Source of the DNA: Haliotis rufescens
Taxonomy: Eukaryota
Length of the DNA: 64,000 nucleotides
Direction of reading: 5' to 3'
Assembly (NCBI RefSeq): GCF_023055435.1
Contig: NW_025963879.1
Span: 868,001 to 932,000 of the forward strand
Numbering within the stretch: position 1 is the first letter of the stretch; the number at the start of each line of letters is the position of its first letter. This document shows, in pieces, positions 13,222-26,100 of this stretch. Under the pieces are notes generated by a model, which was not told the origin of the DNA, made no database searches, and saw only the letters and a list, made by a program, of their open reading frames with translations. The position numbers and the translations under genes were made by a program.

Positions 13222-15267
13222 ATTTTGACAAGCAATGTCAACCAAAAGGATTCTGGGGTGACTTAGTTGGCTTAGTTGTAACCAAAATGGGTCTTTCCAT
13301 AAAATGTGAATAAAATGCACATGCTCTAATCCATTTCAGTGTGTCATTTGGTTTCCCTCGAGTTGATTTCTAGGCGCAAACAGTGCAAAGGGGCTGTAAA
13401 AAAATGAAGTAAAGCTTCAAAGGCAGCACTCCTCATGCCACACGTCTTCCAGGTATATTGTAAATATGGAATTTCCTTAAAGATTTTATCCCTTATACTT
13501 CCTATGGACGAGCCTGCATGTTTGAAACTCTCTCTGGACGTGTTGCTTATATAGCCACCATCAGCTTTTTCTTAACAACTTGTGTATTTTGGTATGGGCA
13601 AATGAATGATGTAAACAAGGGATTTCTGTTTTCGTTTTTGTTTTCTTCATGTCCTCCAGGTGGCATTTTGATAAAGACAGCTCTCAGCTTATACGTGTCT
13701 TCCCACCCTTAACAACGTCAAGCTGAAATATCACTGCGACACCGCCAACTAACACCACACGTGTTTGTGTGGTTGGGGACTTAAAAGCCAAGAAAACACA
13801 ATATTCACTTGAAAGGAATTACGGCTTAAAACGCAATCCCGTAATGGGATTTGTGAGACCTTTCAAAGTTTCAACATTCAAAGAATCGTAGTTGTACATG
13901 TAAAGCAAAACAAACAAAACATTTTTGAAGCGATTTAAAAAATAAGTAACTCATTTTATTATATAATTGCAGTGTGAATCACTGAACCCTCCGAAATTAC
14001 ATCTGCCGAGCGACCATAAACTGATAGCGTCACTCTCGACATTGGTAAAATGATATATCACCACTAGGCAAAGTATGAGGCTACCTGTCATGGCTAGGTT
14101 AGCATGACCAAATTGGCACTTCATGACTCGAAGAGATATCTTGACGTTGGTTAAAGAAACTTGATGTATCTGAAATTTTCTGGTCTGTTTAGGCCTCTGT
14201 TGATGACAACGTGTAATTTTGACAAGAGGCTGATCAGCTGTTAAAAAATGGCGGTTCTTATGTCAATACAATCATGTTGTACATTGTAATTTGTTACGTA
14301 TTATATATCATTCCCGTAAATTGAGAATATGTTTGTCTTTTATTTCGTTCAGTAAACTAATTTTGACAGTTATTATTTGTTGTTTACTATTTCCCGTTAG
14401 TTTTTGGAACTACTTTTTATCTCGTATGTGAACCCTGATGGAAGTGGTTTGGTCCCGAACGGGTTGCGGTTCGAGCACGTTGTCGAAAAAGTAAAATCAC
14501 GCAAAACTGGCTTGAACTATATGATACATGTAAATAGAGTATTTAACGATGATTGTTAAAAATGCTAATAAAAGAAGTATTAACCACGGGATATATTCAC
14601 TCGTTAGCCTACATTAAATATCCTCTAAATTGTATTATCAGGATAACATATTGAGGATCATGAAATTCGTATGTTAACGGTGTATCACCTATGTCTTCAT
14701 CTGGATTAGAACTAAAGAACTCATGTACCCAATGCCTATCGTAATTAAAAGTTGTAATAAGTATGATGGAAACAATAGCTGCTGCGTATCCTAAGTTTTC
14801 CGTTGCGCTAATCAAACACATTTTCAGCTGTGTCTGCCAAAGTGGCCCAACGTCTGAACGTTAATACAGGCGTGATAATTTAGACACAGAAACCATAACG
14901 GACCTGATAATAACAAGCCAATGTCCATAAACGTTTCTGCTAAAAGCAGAGTTCATTGTACGATTCCGACTCTACCATTACCACGTGTTTATGAGTCACT
15001 ATTAAATACTATTGACACCTTAAAGCTAATGCCTTTGGAGCTATATCGAGATGCTTCTATTGGAATGGAAACTTGTTAAAAGTAGAAATGCCAATGTACA
15101 TGTGGTGTTCGTTACTTTTACATGTTGGCCTATATTTATAGGAAACGTTTTAGAAACATTGGGATATACTGTCTTTCCAATTGGATTGGGTATATCATTT
15201 TTAATGGGTTTACTGTTAAGGACATTAACTTACTTTCCTAGATGCCCAACAGAAAAGGTTATTGTTT

Positions 15268-15530
15268 CAGTGGTCTAGAGGTTGAATTTCCGCCCGGAGA
15301 GCAGAAGGTCGAGGTTCTCCGATCGCGACATACCAAAATTCGTTGAAAGATGGTTCGAACGTTGTTACCCTGCCTGGCGCTCGGCATTAAGGGGCTAAAA
15401 CAAAGACTGGTCGGCTCGGAGTCAGTATACTGTTTCTGGGTGGGGTATTCATGTTAAACTGCGGCATGGTATCTCAGTGGGCTGGCACTATAAAATCGGT
15501 AATATTATAATTAGTCCGGGCTAGGACAAG
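15268..15530 (+). mobile_element. tRNA-derived SINE family C copy
   Basis: GTGGTCTAGAGGTT...CCTGGCGCTCGGCATTAAGGGG...GGTATCTCAGTG. Confidence 0.8.
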
Positions 15531-15533
15531 CAG

Positions 15534-15534
<1 letters not shown>

Positions 15535-15602
<68 letters not shown>
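15535..15602. repeat. (CA)n(GA)n compound microsatellite between two tail-to-tail SINEs
   Basis: Direct reading. Confidence 0.9.
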
Positions 15603-15603
<1 letters not shown>

Positions 15604-15639
15604 TCCGTTGTACAATTCCAACCATACCAAAAGCACGTT

Positions 15640-15902
15640 CGTTTGTTTGTTGTTTAACGCCGCACTCAGCGATATTCCAGCTATATGACGACGGTCTGTA
15701 CATAATCGAGTCTGGACCAGACAATCCAGTGATTGACATCACGAGCATCGATCCACTCAATTGGGAAACGATGACAAGCATCAACCGAGTCAGCGAGCCT
15801 GACCACCCGACCCCGTTAGTCGTCTCTTACGACAAGCACAGTCACCTTTTACGGCAATCATGGGTTGCTAAAGACCTATTCTACCTCGGATCTTCACTGG
15901 TC
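15640..15902 (-). mobile_element. SINE-like family A copy
   Basis: Near full-length reverse-complement copy with (CAAA)-type tail. Confidence 0.85.
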
Positions 15903-17177
15903 TCAAAAGCATGTCATGTGAATCACCGGTATCTGTTCTCGAAAAGGTGATCGTATCCTGCCCCACAGGTTTACCCCGCCATTAATATAAAAGGTCAATA
16001 AAACGTCAATACAACGTTAACGTCAGAGAACACTCAGTCTCGACTCTCTACCGAAACAAATTCCATTAGGCGCAAAAAGCAAAACAACATTGAAATACAG
16101 GTGTTCGCGAAATGTGTAATCACGACCTAGCATACAGGAATCAACCGCCAGTAATACAATGTGCATACAAAAGTAAGTGTTCCCTGTCGCCGCACAGCAG
16201 TACTCCTACCTTACGACGGTTGCCTGTGAACAACCGTGTCTTGACCAGACAAGCCAGTGATGGACCAGACAATCCAGTGACATAATACGCATTTACTGAT
16301 TTAATTAAAAAAGACAAGTCAAATATTCACGGGAACATATGGTACAAGTGAAAATAAGTAACTGCTTTGGACATATGTTTTTGTCACTGGTTCGTCAGAT
16401 TTGGAAAATACCCTCCACATGTCTACCATAAAACAGTTTGAACAATTTTTTGACAATTCACATGCAACTACTTGATATATTTATACACTGAAAGTCAACA
16501 CACAAAATTGTTTTTCAGCAAGTTTACTTGTCATACATACGTAAAATGTACAACATAGTTATGTAATACAGTAGGGTATTGTAAGTACATTTAGAAATAC
16601 CTTTCTGTTCGTTAGATATTCTCTGTATGATATCCATTCCAAAGAGTACAGTTCTCAATACAGAGTATATGAAGCATACCTTGAACTCCTTGAACCCGAT
16701 ATGATGCTCGGTACAACGGAACCTCATGGTCACCGTTGAAGCAGTATCGACACCTTTAAGGTGTCTCCGCTTAACTCGAAGGAGGAGATGTAGTCCCCAG
16801 GATTTCGAGATATCAATGTTTCACTGGGTGTTCCTTGAATTGTCTCTTAACCAGTTCAGCGTTTCAAATATGCGGTACACTACTCACAATTATAATGCAC
16901 ATAAAACATGATTATATTGTGTCGACATTACAGCATGTTATATCTTGTCGTTCACTACTCTCCCTTATGTAATGTTTCACAAACGCAGACTCGCTTGCTT
17001 GTCCGTTGAACTACTGGACAATTCTAACAATCTTATTTATTTATATGGACATTGCATAATTCATATTAAATTATCTCATTAATATGAAAAGAACGTTCAT
17101 GTAAAATAAAATCATATTAAAGAGGTGGGGATGTTATTATATTTAGGCTTCTAACACCTGAGTCAGCAATGGTCGAT

Positions 17178-20100
17178 TCAGAGGTTTGAGGTGATCCAGT
17201 CGAGGTGCCTGCTGACCTGCGTGTAGATAACAGGGATCTTTGCATTGCAGTTGCTATCACTGATGAGGCCAAATAGGCTCCACGTTCCTGTCCCATCTTC
17301 ACAAACCAGCATCCCACCGTTGTCTCTCTGAAAATCGTTAAAATCATCATCTACACGGTGTTATGTATTATCTGCACATAGCGAAACAGAAACATCCATT
17401 TTTATTAGAATCTGTAAGTGTGTAAGAATCTGTAAGTGTGTAAGTCTCCAGATTGAGCTGCGAGCTGCCTTTTTGAGATGTACTGTATACAATCCTCCTC
17501 CAGTGTTAATAGCGGATAAGTAAAAACGGATCAAATTGCTATTACTAAGATTCGTTAATATGGAAAGTCGTCAATACGGACGATTTCAGGAAGAACAATA
17601 CTGTCCGGATTAATATCGGTTTTTTTATATTCATGTAGAAAATTGATACACTTATCTAATTAGCTTAGTACTATATATCTGTACGGAACAAAAAGGTTAG
17701 CGATCATGGCTATTTCGGGGGATACTTTTGTGAAATTGTGTTCCCAGACTTTACAAATCCCCAAAAATATTCACGACACCCATCTTTTTCAGTATATATT
17801 GCATGTGAGTACGGATTGATATAGTACTTTGTATTAAGTTATTATTAATTGTGTTCAGGTACTTAAAAGAATGATTATTGCATTTAAGACTAGCAACTAT
17901 TTGTGTTTACCTGACAAGCGTTGGTCCGATCTATGACAGGGTGAGAACAGATTTTGTCCGACGGCAGGTTGGTTCTTGATCCAATTATGAATGAACATAA
18001 GGCATTTTGCATAATCCTCACATTAGCCTCGTGTAGAAGACCGTCCCCGCCTGGAAAACATTCGTTTATCAGATAGAGATGAACATAATGTGCACAAGAA
18101 CATGTATCATAATGTGCACAACAACATGCATCATAATGCGCACAACAACGTGCATCACTAACACTAGAAATGGGCATGACACATTGTACCCCCACGTTCG
18201 GAATAGAACCCGGGTCTATGGCGTGACGCTTAAACCACTTAGCTACCCCACCACCCCTCAGCAGTATATAAGCATCCACGTAGTTAGTGCATGGAGTTAA
18301 ATGGGTTCAACGCCGCTTTGACTTGCATTTCAGTCAGGTAAACGTCGGATGAAAGCCTAAAGTGATGCAGGTCAGGGCATGGTGCAGACAAACAAATAAT
18401 TATAATCAGCACGAATCTGGGATTCTAACCTACGATCATTAGATTCTGGCATGCCTAATGGTATTCCGTCATCAGTGCTGTGTGTATACTTCAACAATGA
18501 TATCTTCACTACAACTTTGCTGTTTGTATTACATCAACATTGTTGTCTGTATTACGTCAACAATGATGTCTATCTTACATCAACATTGTTGTCTGCATTA
18601 CGTCAACAACGATGTCTGTATTACGTCAACAATGATATCTGTATTTCGTCAAGAAATGATGTCTGCATTACGTCAACAATGATGTCTGTATTACGTCAAC
18701 AGTGATATCTGTATTTCGTCAACGTTGTCTGTATTTCTCAAATTTGCTGTCTGTATTACATGAACAGAGTCTGTATTACATCAACAATGATGTCTTTATT
18801 ACGTCAATACGTTTAACACCAAAAGTGATATCTGCATTACGTAAACAGTGATGTCTGTATTACGTCAACAGTGATTTCTGCATTACGTCAACAATGATGT
18901 CTGTATTACGTCAACATTGATGTATATATTACATCAACATTGTTGTCTGCATTACGTCAACAATGATGTCTGTATTACGTCAACAGTGATTTCTGTATTT
19001 CGTCAAGAAATGATGTCTATTTTACATCAACATTGTTGTCTGCATTACGTCAACATTGATGTATATATTACATCAACATTGTTGTCTGCATTACGTCAAC
19101 AATGATGTCTGTATTACGTCAACAGTGATTTCTGCATTACGTCAACAATGATGTCTATTTTACATCAATATTGTTGTCTGCATTACGTCAACATTGATGT
19201 ATATATTACATCAACATTGTTGTCTGTATTAGGTCAACAATGATGTCTATATGTCATTAACATCGTTGTCTGCATTACGTCAACAACGATGTCTGTATTA
19301 CGTCAACAGTGATATCTGTATTTCGTCAAGAAATGATGTCTATATTACATCAACATTGTTGTCTATATTACGTCAACAATGATGTCTGTATTACGTCAAC
19401 AATGATGTCTATTTTACATCAACATTGTTGTCTGCATTACGTCAACATTGATGTATATATTACATCAACATTGTTGTCTATATTACGTAAACAATGATGT
19501 CTGTATTACGTCAACAGTGGTATCTGTATTTCGTCATGAAATGATGTCTATATTACATCAACATTGTTGTCTATATTACGTCAACAATGATGTCTGTATT
19601 ACGTCAACAATGATGTCTATTTTACATCAACATTGTTGTCTGCATTACGTCAACATTGATGTATATATTACATCAACATTGTTGTCTGCATTACGTCAAC
19701 AACGATGTCTGTATTACGTCAACAGTGATTTCTGCATTACGTCAACAATGATGTCTGTATTACGTCAACATTGATGTATATATTACATCAACATTGTTGT
19801 CTGCATTACGTCAACAATGATGTCTGTATTACGTCAACAGTGATTTCTGTATTTCGTCATGAAATGATGTCTATATTACATCAACATTGTTGTCTATATT
19901 ACGTCAACAATGATGTCTGTATTACGTCAACAATGATGTCTATTTTACATCAACATTGTTGTCTGCATTACGTCAACATTGATGTATATATTACATCAAC
20001 ATTGTTGTCTGCATTACGTCAACAACGATGTCTGTATTACGTCAACAGTGATTTCTGCATTACGTCAACAATGATGTCTGTATTACGTCAACATTGATGT

Positions 20101-23100
20101 ATATATTACATCAACATTGTTGTCTGCATTACGTCAACAATGATGTCTGTATTACGTCAACAGTGATTTCTGTATTTCGTCAAGAAATGATGTCTATTTT
20201 ACATCAACATTGTTGTCTGCATTACGTCAACATTGATGTATATATTACATCAACATTGTTGTCTGCATTACGTCAACAATGATGTCTGTATTACGTCAAC
20301 AGTGATTTCTGCATTACGTCAACAATGATGTCTATTTTACATCAATATTGTTGTCTGCATTACGTCAACATTGATGTATATATTACATCAACATTGTTGT
20401 CTGTATTAGGTCAACAATGATGTCTATATTACATCAACATTGTTGTCTGCATTACGTCAACAATGATGTCTGTATTACGTCAACAGTGATATCTGTATTT
20501 CGTCAAGAAATGATGTCTGCATTACGTCAACAATGATGTCTGTATTACGTCAACAGTGATATCTGTATTTCGTCAACGTTGTCTGTATTTCTCAAATTTG
20601 CTGTCTGTATTACATGAACAGAGTCTGTATTACATCAACAATGATGTCTTTATTACGTCAATACGTTTAACACCAAAAGTGATATCTGCATTACGTAAAC
20701 AGTGATGTCTGTATTGCGTCAACAATGATATCTGTGTTACAAATAAATGCTATAAGGCCCGTGTAATCATATGGCTTCCCGTGTTTGTTTATTTTGATCT
20801 CTTATCTCTAACCCTATGGATCATAAATATATTGGGCGCACGGGCGGCCCAGTCTTCTTAGGCGCCGTGATTCGCTGTATAAAATTGTGTCCCTTCGGCA
20901 CGCCAGAAACCTATGATTGTAGGTTCGATTATGTTTCTAGGTTTGTCAGCACCATATCCGTGCTCGTGGGTTTCACCGAAGTGGTAAACGTCTGAGACCT
21001 GCATCACTTCGGGCTTTCCTCCCTCGTTAAGCTGACACTCCGTGATATAACTGGAATACTGTTAAAAGCGGCGTTAAACCCAACTCACTCACTCATAAAT
21101 CTATTGATGTACTCACGTGCATTTGGCCCCCAGCCTGCTATGTAACATCTGCTGTTTGAGTCGACGGTCTCCCCATTCCGAGGAAGACAGACAGGTTGTG
21201 CACATGAAGTTCCATCAGACGGAATGGATGATTCCAGTGTCAGAATGGCTATGTCGTCAGCTGTTAATTGTTGATGACATCTTAAATAATGGACATCACT
21301 TGACTACATTCCATGCACATTTATGAATACTTTAACTTCACGATACGCTCATTTGATTACAATCTTACGCCATTAAACCAGTATGGATGTCGTAGAATGC
21401 AGTTTACCATGATATATTTTTGACGTACAATTATAATCCAGCTATTTTATGAACGGCCTGTAAATAGTCGAATCAGAAAAAGAAAACCAGTGGTTGACAT
21501 TATGAACAGCGTCAGGTCGTAAGATGACCCGCAATCAACAGAGTCAGCTTGCCTGACAACCCAGCCGATCTTAGACGCCTCTTACCACGAGGTTACATGG
21601 AACCAATTCTCCCTTCACGGAAATCGGACGGGGTTGGTACATAAACGAATGGTGTCAGTTTGACAATAACGTGTAACTGTATTGGATATCGGGTAAAGTA
21701 CCTACCCCTCAATGGCTCTCCAAGGTCGGTGGGGCTTGGATTTGGTGTGGCTACACCAGTAACAGCCACGGTCTGCTCGCCATTTTCCCAAAGGTTGTTG
21801 ATGTTATTCTCGCCAACAGTTACAACCACCTGGCGGCTGGAACAGAAGCAGACATCTCAATCGACATCGTGATGTCAAAGTTGAATTACGAATAACGAAT
21901 CACATCTGCTTTAAGTTCAACAACGTGATCGTAGAGCTATGACTACCGTAATAACATATATGTGTCTTACGTCGTTTACGTGGTCGAACTCCATCTGTCA
22001 GTAATATTCTCCCATATAAAGAAACATAAACGTGTTTGAGAAGTTTTCTTTTATAATACAATGAACTTAAAACGTAAATGAAAATGTTTGTTTGTCTTCA
22101 GTTCGTGTTAATTTTGTTGACACAACCAGTGTTATACAGAAGACACTGTCAGTGACGACGGGAAGGTAATCGTCTTCATGGTTGATGGAAAGGAAAACCA
22201 GAGTGGGTAATGCAGTCGAAAAATGCAACAACTAACTGACTCTTTTGATGATATGTTGTTACCCTCAATATTGCAAAACACAAACTGATTTGTGAATTAT
22301 TGGTATTCATCAAGTAAAACTGTTTAAAACTGTCAACTGTTTCATTCAAACTACACTTTAAACCCAATCTCATTAAAATCAGATCTTAGTTCTCGCTACC
22401 GCTAAACAGAGATCTGAGGACATCCCATTATGGGTAACGTCATAACGACCTTTCTTTCGACGAATCAGAACGTCGCTTACCAGATCATGAAAGTGACAGT
22501 CGGAATGTAAATTCTAATCATACAACCTCGAAAACTTTAACACGGGGTATTAAGAACGATAGTTACGGGCTTAACGACTGAATCCATACAATCTAGACCA
22601 TCTATTAGCCATTTCAAAATGTTATTTTGTTCAGGTTTCAAATATTTTATCGAAAATTTGTCAAAATATGCTTCGAAGCGTTGTCGCCAATTTGAAATTA
22701 GTGCCGTAAAGCACAAGAAAGCTGCCTTCTGATTGGCTAATGTCGACTTCCTGTCAGCCATTTCATTGGTCGGTCAAAGTAAGCGCAAGGTCGGTCTGAC
22801 GTGACCCGGAATGGGATGTCCTCAGATCTTTGTTCAGCGGTAGCGAGAACTAAGATCTGATTATAATGAGATTGACTTTCAACCCTGCATAGAGTCTACA
22901 GTCACAACTTACCCGAGCACACAGCTTGATGTGGTGAGAACCTTGTTGCGGTTGACAAGCACTCCGGCACAGATGTGAGGGCCAATGTTGCTGGTTGTTC
23001 CAACCTTAATGGAGACCATCCACGGCCACTGGCACTGGGAGCTGACAGGAACACCACCCACGATACGACCAGCTACAGGATGAAATCGAGGTCGTGAAGC

Positions 23101-26100
23101 ACACACTGAAAAGACATCTACATATATAAGTCACAGTAACGAAACACAGTATGAAATAAAATGAAAATAAATATTAATGAATCTATCAAATATTTACGTT
23201 AAAAACATTTCGAATACAGTTTCACAGTTGAAGAATCAAGAGCTTTATCTGGGACCAGCGTTTTACAATTATTGTTGTTAGCGTTGTTAAGCATAAGTAA
23301 GGATAAGATATATATCTTTATTAAAATCAGGATCACCTTTTCGGTGTATGTTCTAGCACCGTTATCAAACAAGTGAACCTACGTACACCGAAGCGTCTCC
23401 CCAAGTTGTAATAAAGAATGTGTTCATCCTAATACCTTATCCTTACTTAGTACTCCAACTCATCTGAAGACGTTGCTGAGCATATCTGAAATAATTACTG
23501 TAACTTGAAAATTATTAGAATATACACAGGAATGTGAAGTTTCGATAATAACAATAAATATATATATACGAATATCGCGGCACAACATAAATGCTGCTGA
23601 TAGCAAAGTCAAATTCACATTGACACCATACGACGGTATAATTGTTTATTGCATTAATTTCTTCACTGAAATACGACACGATAGATAGGAGTTAGATGGG
23701 AAATTATGATAACTTTTTTTACTTTTAGTACCCGTGAAGATCCTGGTTAGAATAGGTCTTCAGCAACCCATGCTTGCCGTAAAAGGTGACTATACTTGTC
23801 GCAAGAGCGGACTAACGGGATCGGGTGGTCAGGTTCACTGACTTGGTTGATGTATGTCATCGTAAACAACAAACAACATCACCTCATCCTTCTTAGGTTT
23901 AAGGAAATTTGATAATTATTAAAAATGACATACGATTTCTTTCTTTTACTCAGTGCTTCATGTTTCGATGAATTGATTATGTTGATATTGTTGACATCTT
24001 GTAAATATGAACAAGGAGAACGAGGGCTTGTCAAAACGTTCTAAGCCTGGCTAACTTTCAACTATGGGCCATACCAAAGCCCACAATTATGGGCGAATAG
24101 TCAATGTAGTACATTGTTTGAGTAGTTCATTGCAAGAGTATTTGGTCTGCTGAGGCCGTTTGTATATTAGTGACAGACAGTTGAACGTGATAGGGGTCCA
24201 AATGGACACAGAAATGGAAACGAACTAGTACCAAGTTTATTTACTTTGGAGAAAAGTATTCCTAAGAAATTCATGACCGCATGTCACAAGTGTATGGGGA
24301 TAAGTGACCTAGCTATTCCAATGTTCCCTCAACTTCCATTAATGAAGATTCAATCAAGGAGATAGAAAAACTTATACTGTCAGATTCACGTATTGCTATT
24401 GCTGAACTTGAGGAAGACACAGGTCTCAGCCATGGATCCATTGAAACTATTATATCATGAACATTTACAGATGAAGATATCTGCTCGTTGGGTGCCAAAT
24501 GTTCTTAATTTGATCTTCAAGAAAAAGGAACTGTCAACAACTGACATTGCCACAGAAAATGTAGAGATAATTGAAGAGGATTTTATCAAATTCAAAAAGA
24601 GATTAGTAGCGGGTGATGAACATGGGGTCTACCACTATGATCCCGAGTCAAAACATCAATCCACGGAACGGCACCATTCCACTTCTCCGGCATCAAAGAC
24701 ATCCAAGTCTTCAAGATCAGTGAAGTAAGTTATCCTTGTTGATTACTTAGAAAGTCAAAAGACAGTTATCGGTGCCTACTATGCTGATTTGCTTCATCGC
24801 CTGAGAGATTCTATCAAAGAAAAACGACAAGGAATGCTGAGTGCTGGAGTTCTACCCCTTCATGACAATGCCTCTTCTCACACCTATCGACTTGCATAGG
24901 CTGCTGTGCGACATTGTTAGTTAGAAGAGCTTCCTCACCCTCCATACTCGCCAGACCTGGCTCCACCTGTTTCCTAAACTGAAAGAACATCTTCGTGGAA
25001 AGCGCTATGACGACAACGATGACCGCTAAACTGCCGTGAATGGGTATTTCAGGGTGGCTTCAGAAAACTTCTGACTGGAATTTAAAAGCTTCACTATCGA
25101 TATGAGAAGTGAATTGAAAAGCAGGGAGATTATGTTGACTTTCACAATTTTTGGTGTTATTTGTTAGGCTCAGAACCTTTTGACTAGCCCTCGTAGAGGA
25201 CGTGTTGTGGATTATTAGTAACTAACAACGTACCCCGTGGCACGAGTGTCGTCGTAGTTGTCATCGTTGTTGTCTGCGTTACGGGTCTGTTCGACCGTCT
25301 CACACAACATGTTCCTCTTTCTCCGAATGGGCATCTAACGTTGAACTGAAGTGGCACCTCAAAGGTGCTGAAACACCCGCGTTGGCGACACACTCCGCCA
25401 TATGATAAGCACGCTACAAGAAGAAACATCTTTGTCATGTTTTTGTAAACCACATACATATACTATAACATACAAAAACGACACTTCACAAAGTTGTTTC
25501 CTGGGGGTTGGATTCGATTTCTACGTGAGTACAGTGTTTTAAGCTCATTCCTGCTTTCCACCGTATTGGTAGTATTGAGTGAGTGTTAAAATCTAACGTC
25601 ACATCGGCAATATTTCAGCCATATTGTGACGTGGTAGTATTAGATTAACGAAACCGTATATATTCCCTCACATGTAGTTAGAGTGAAAAGTTTGGTGGTA
25701 TAAAATGTTGAGACGACTCTGGTCAGAGAAGGCAACAAAAGAAACTATACCTCTCATTTGTTTTTATCATATGTGTGAGTGTCTATTGAAAATATCTGAT
25801 TAAAAGTAAGCGATATTGTATCATAAAAATACACAAGTTTTGATGGGTATCTTAGACATCTTTTGGAAAATCAATAAAGAGGTCTTTTGGTTGCAACCCA
25901 GTCTTCAATGAAATAATTCATTTTTGCACAAACTTACCCAGCCACAGATAACGTTAAACAAACTGTTGCAGTTATGAGTGATGATTAAATAGACATAATC
26001 AAATTTAACAACCGGTCTTTCTATTTTCAATTACATAAATGACTATACTTTCTTTCGGTATACATTCTTTTGTGAGTCTCATTTACCAGAATCACCTAAT

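Noticed and set aside
13468-13476. NF-kB-like site GGAATTTCC upstream of G2
   Set aside because: A single short match about 1 kb away, not seen at matching positions in paralogues; chance occurrence is likely.
18451-20282. Cys/His-rich ORFs (HQHCCLHYVNND)
   Set aside because: Translations of the 21-bp satellite inside a G3 intron, on the opposite strand.
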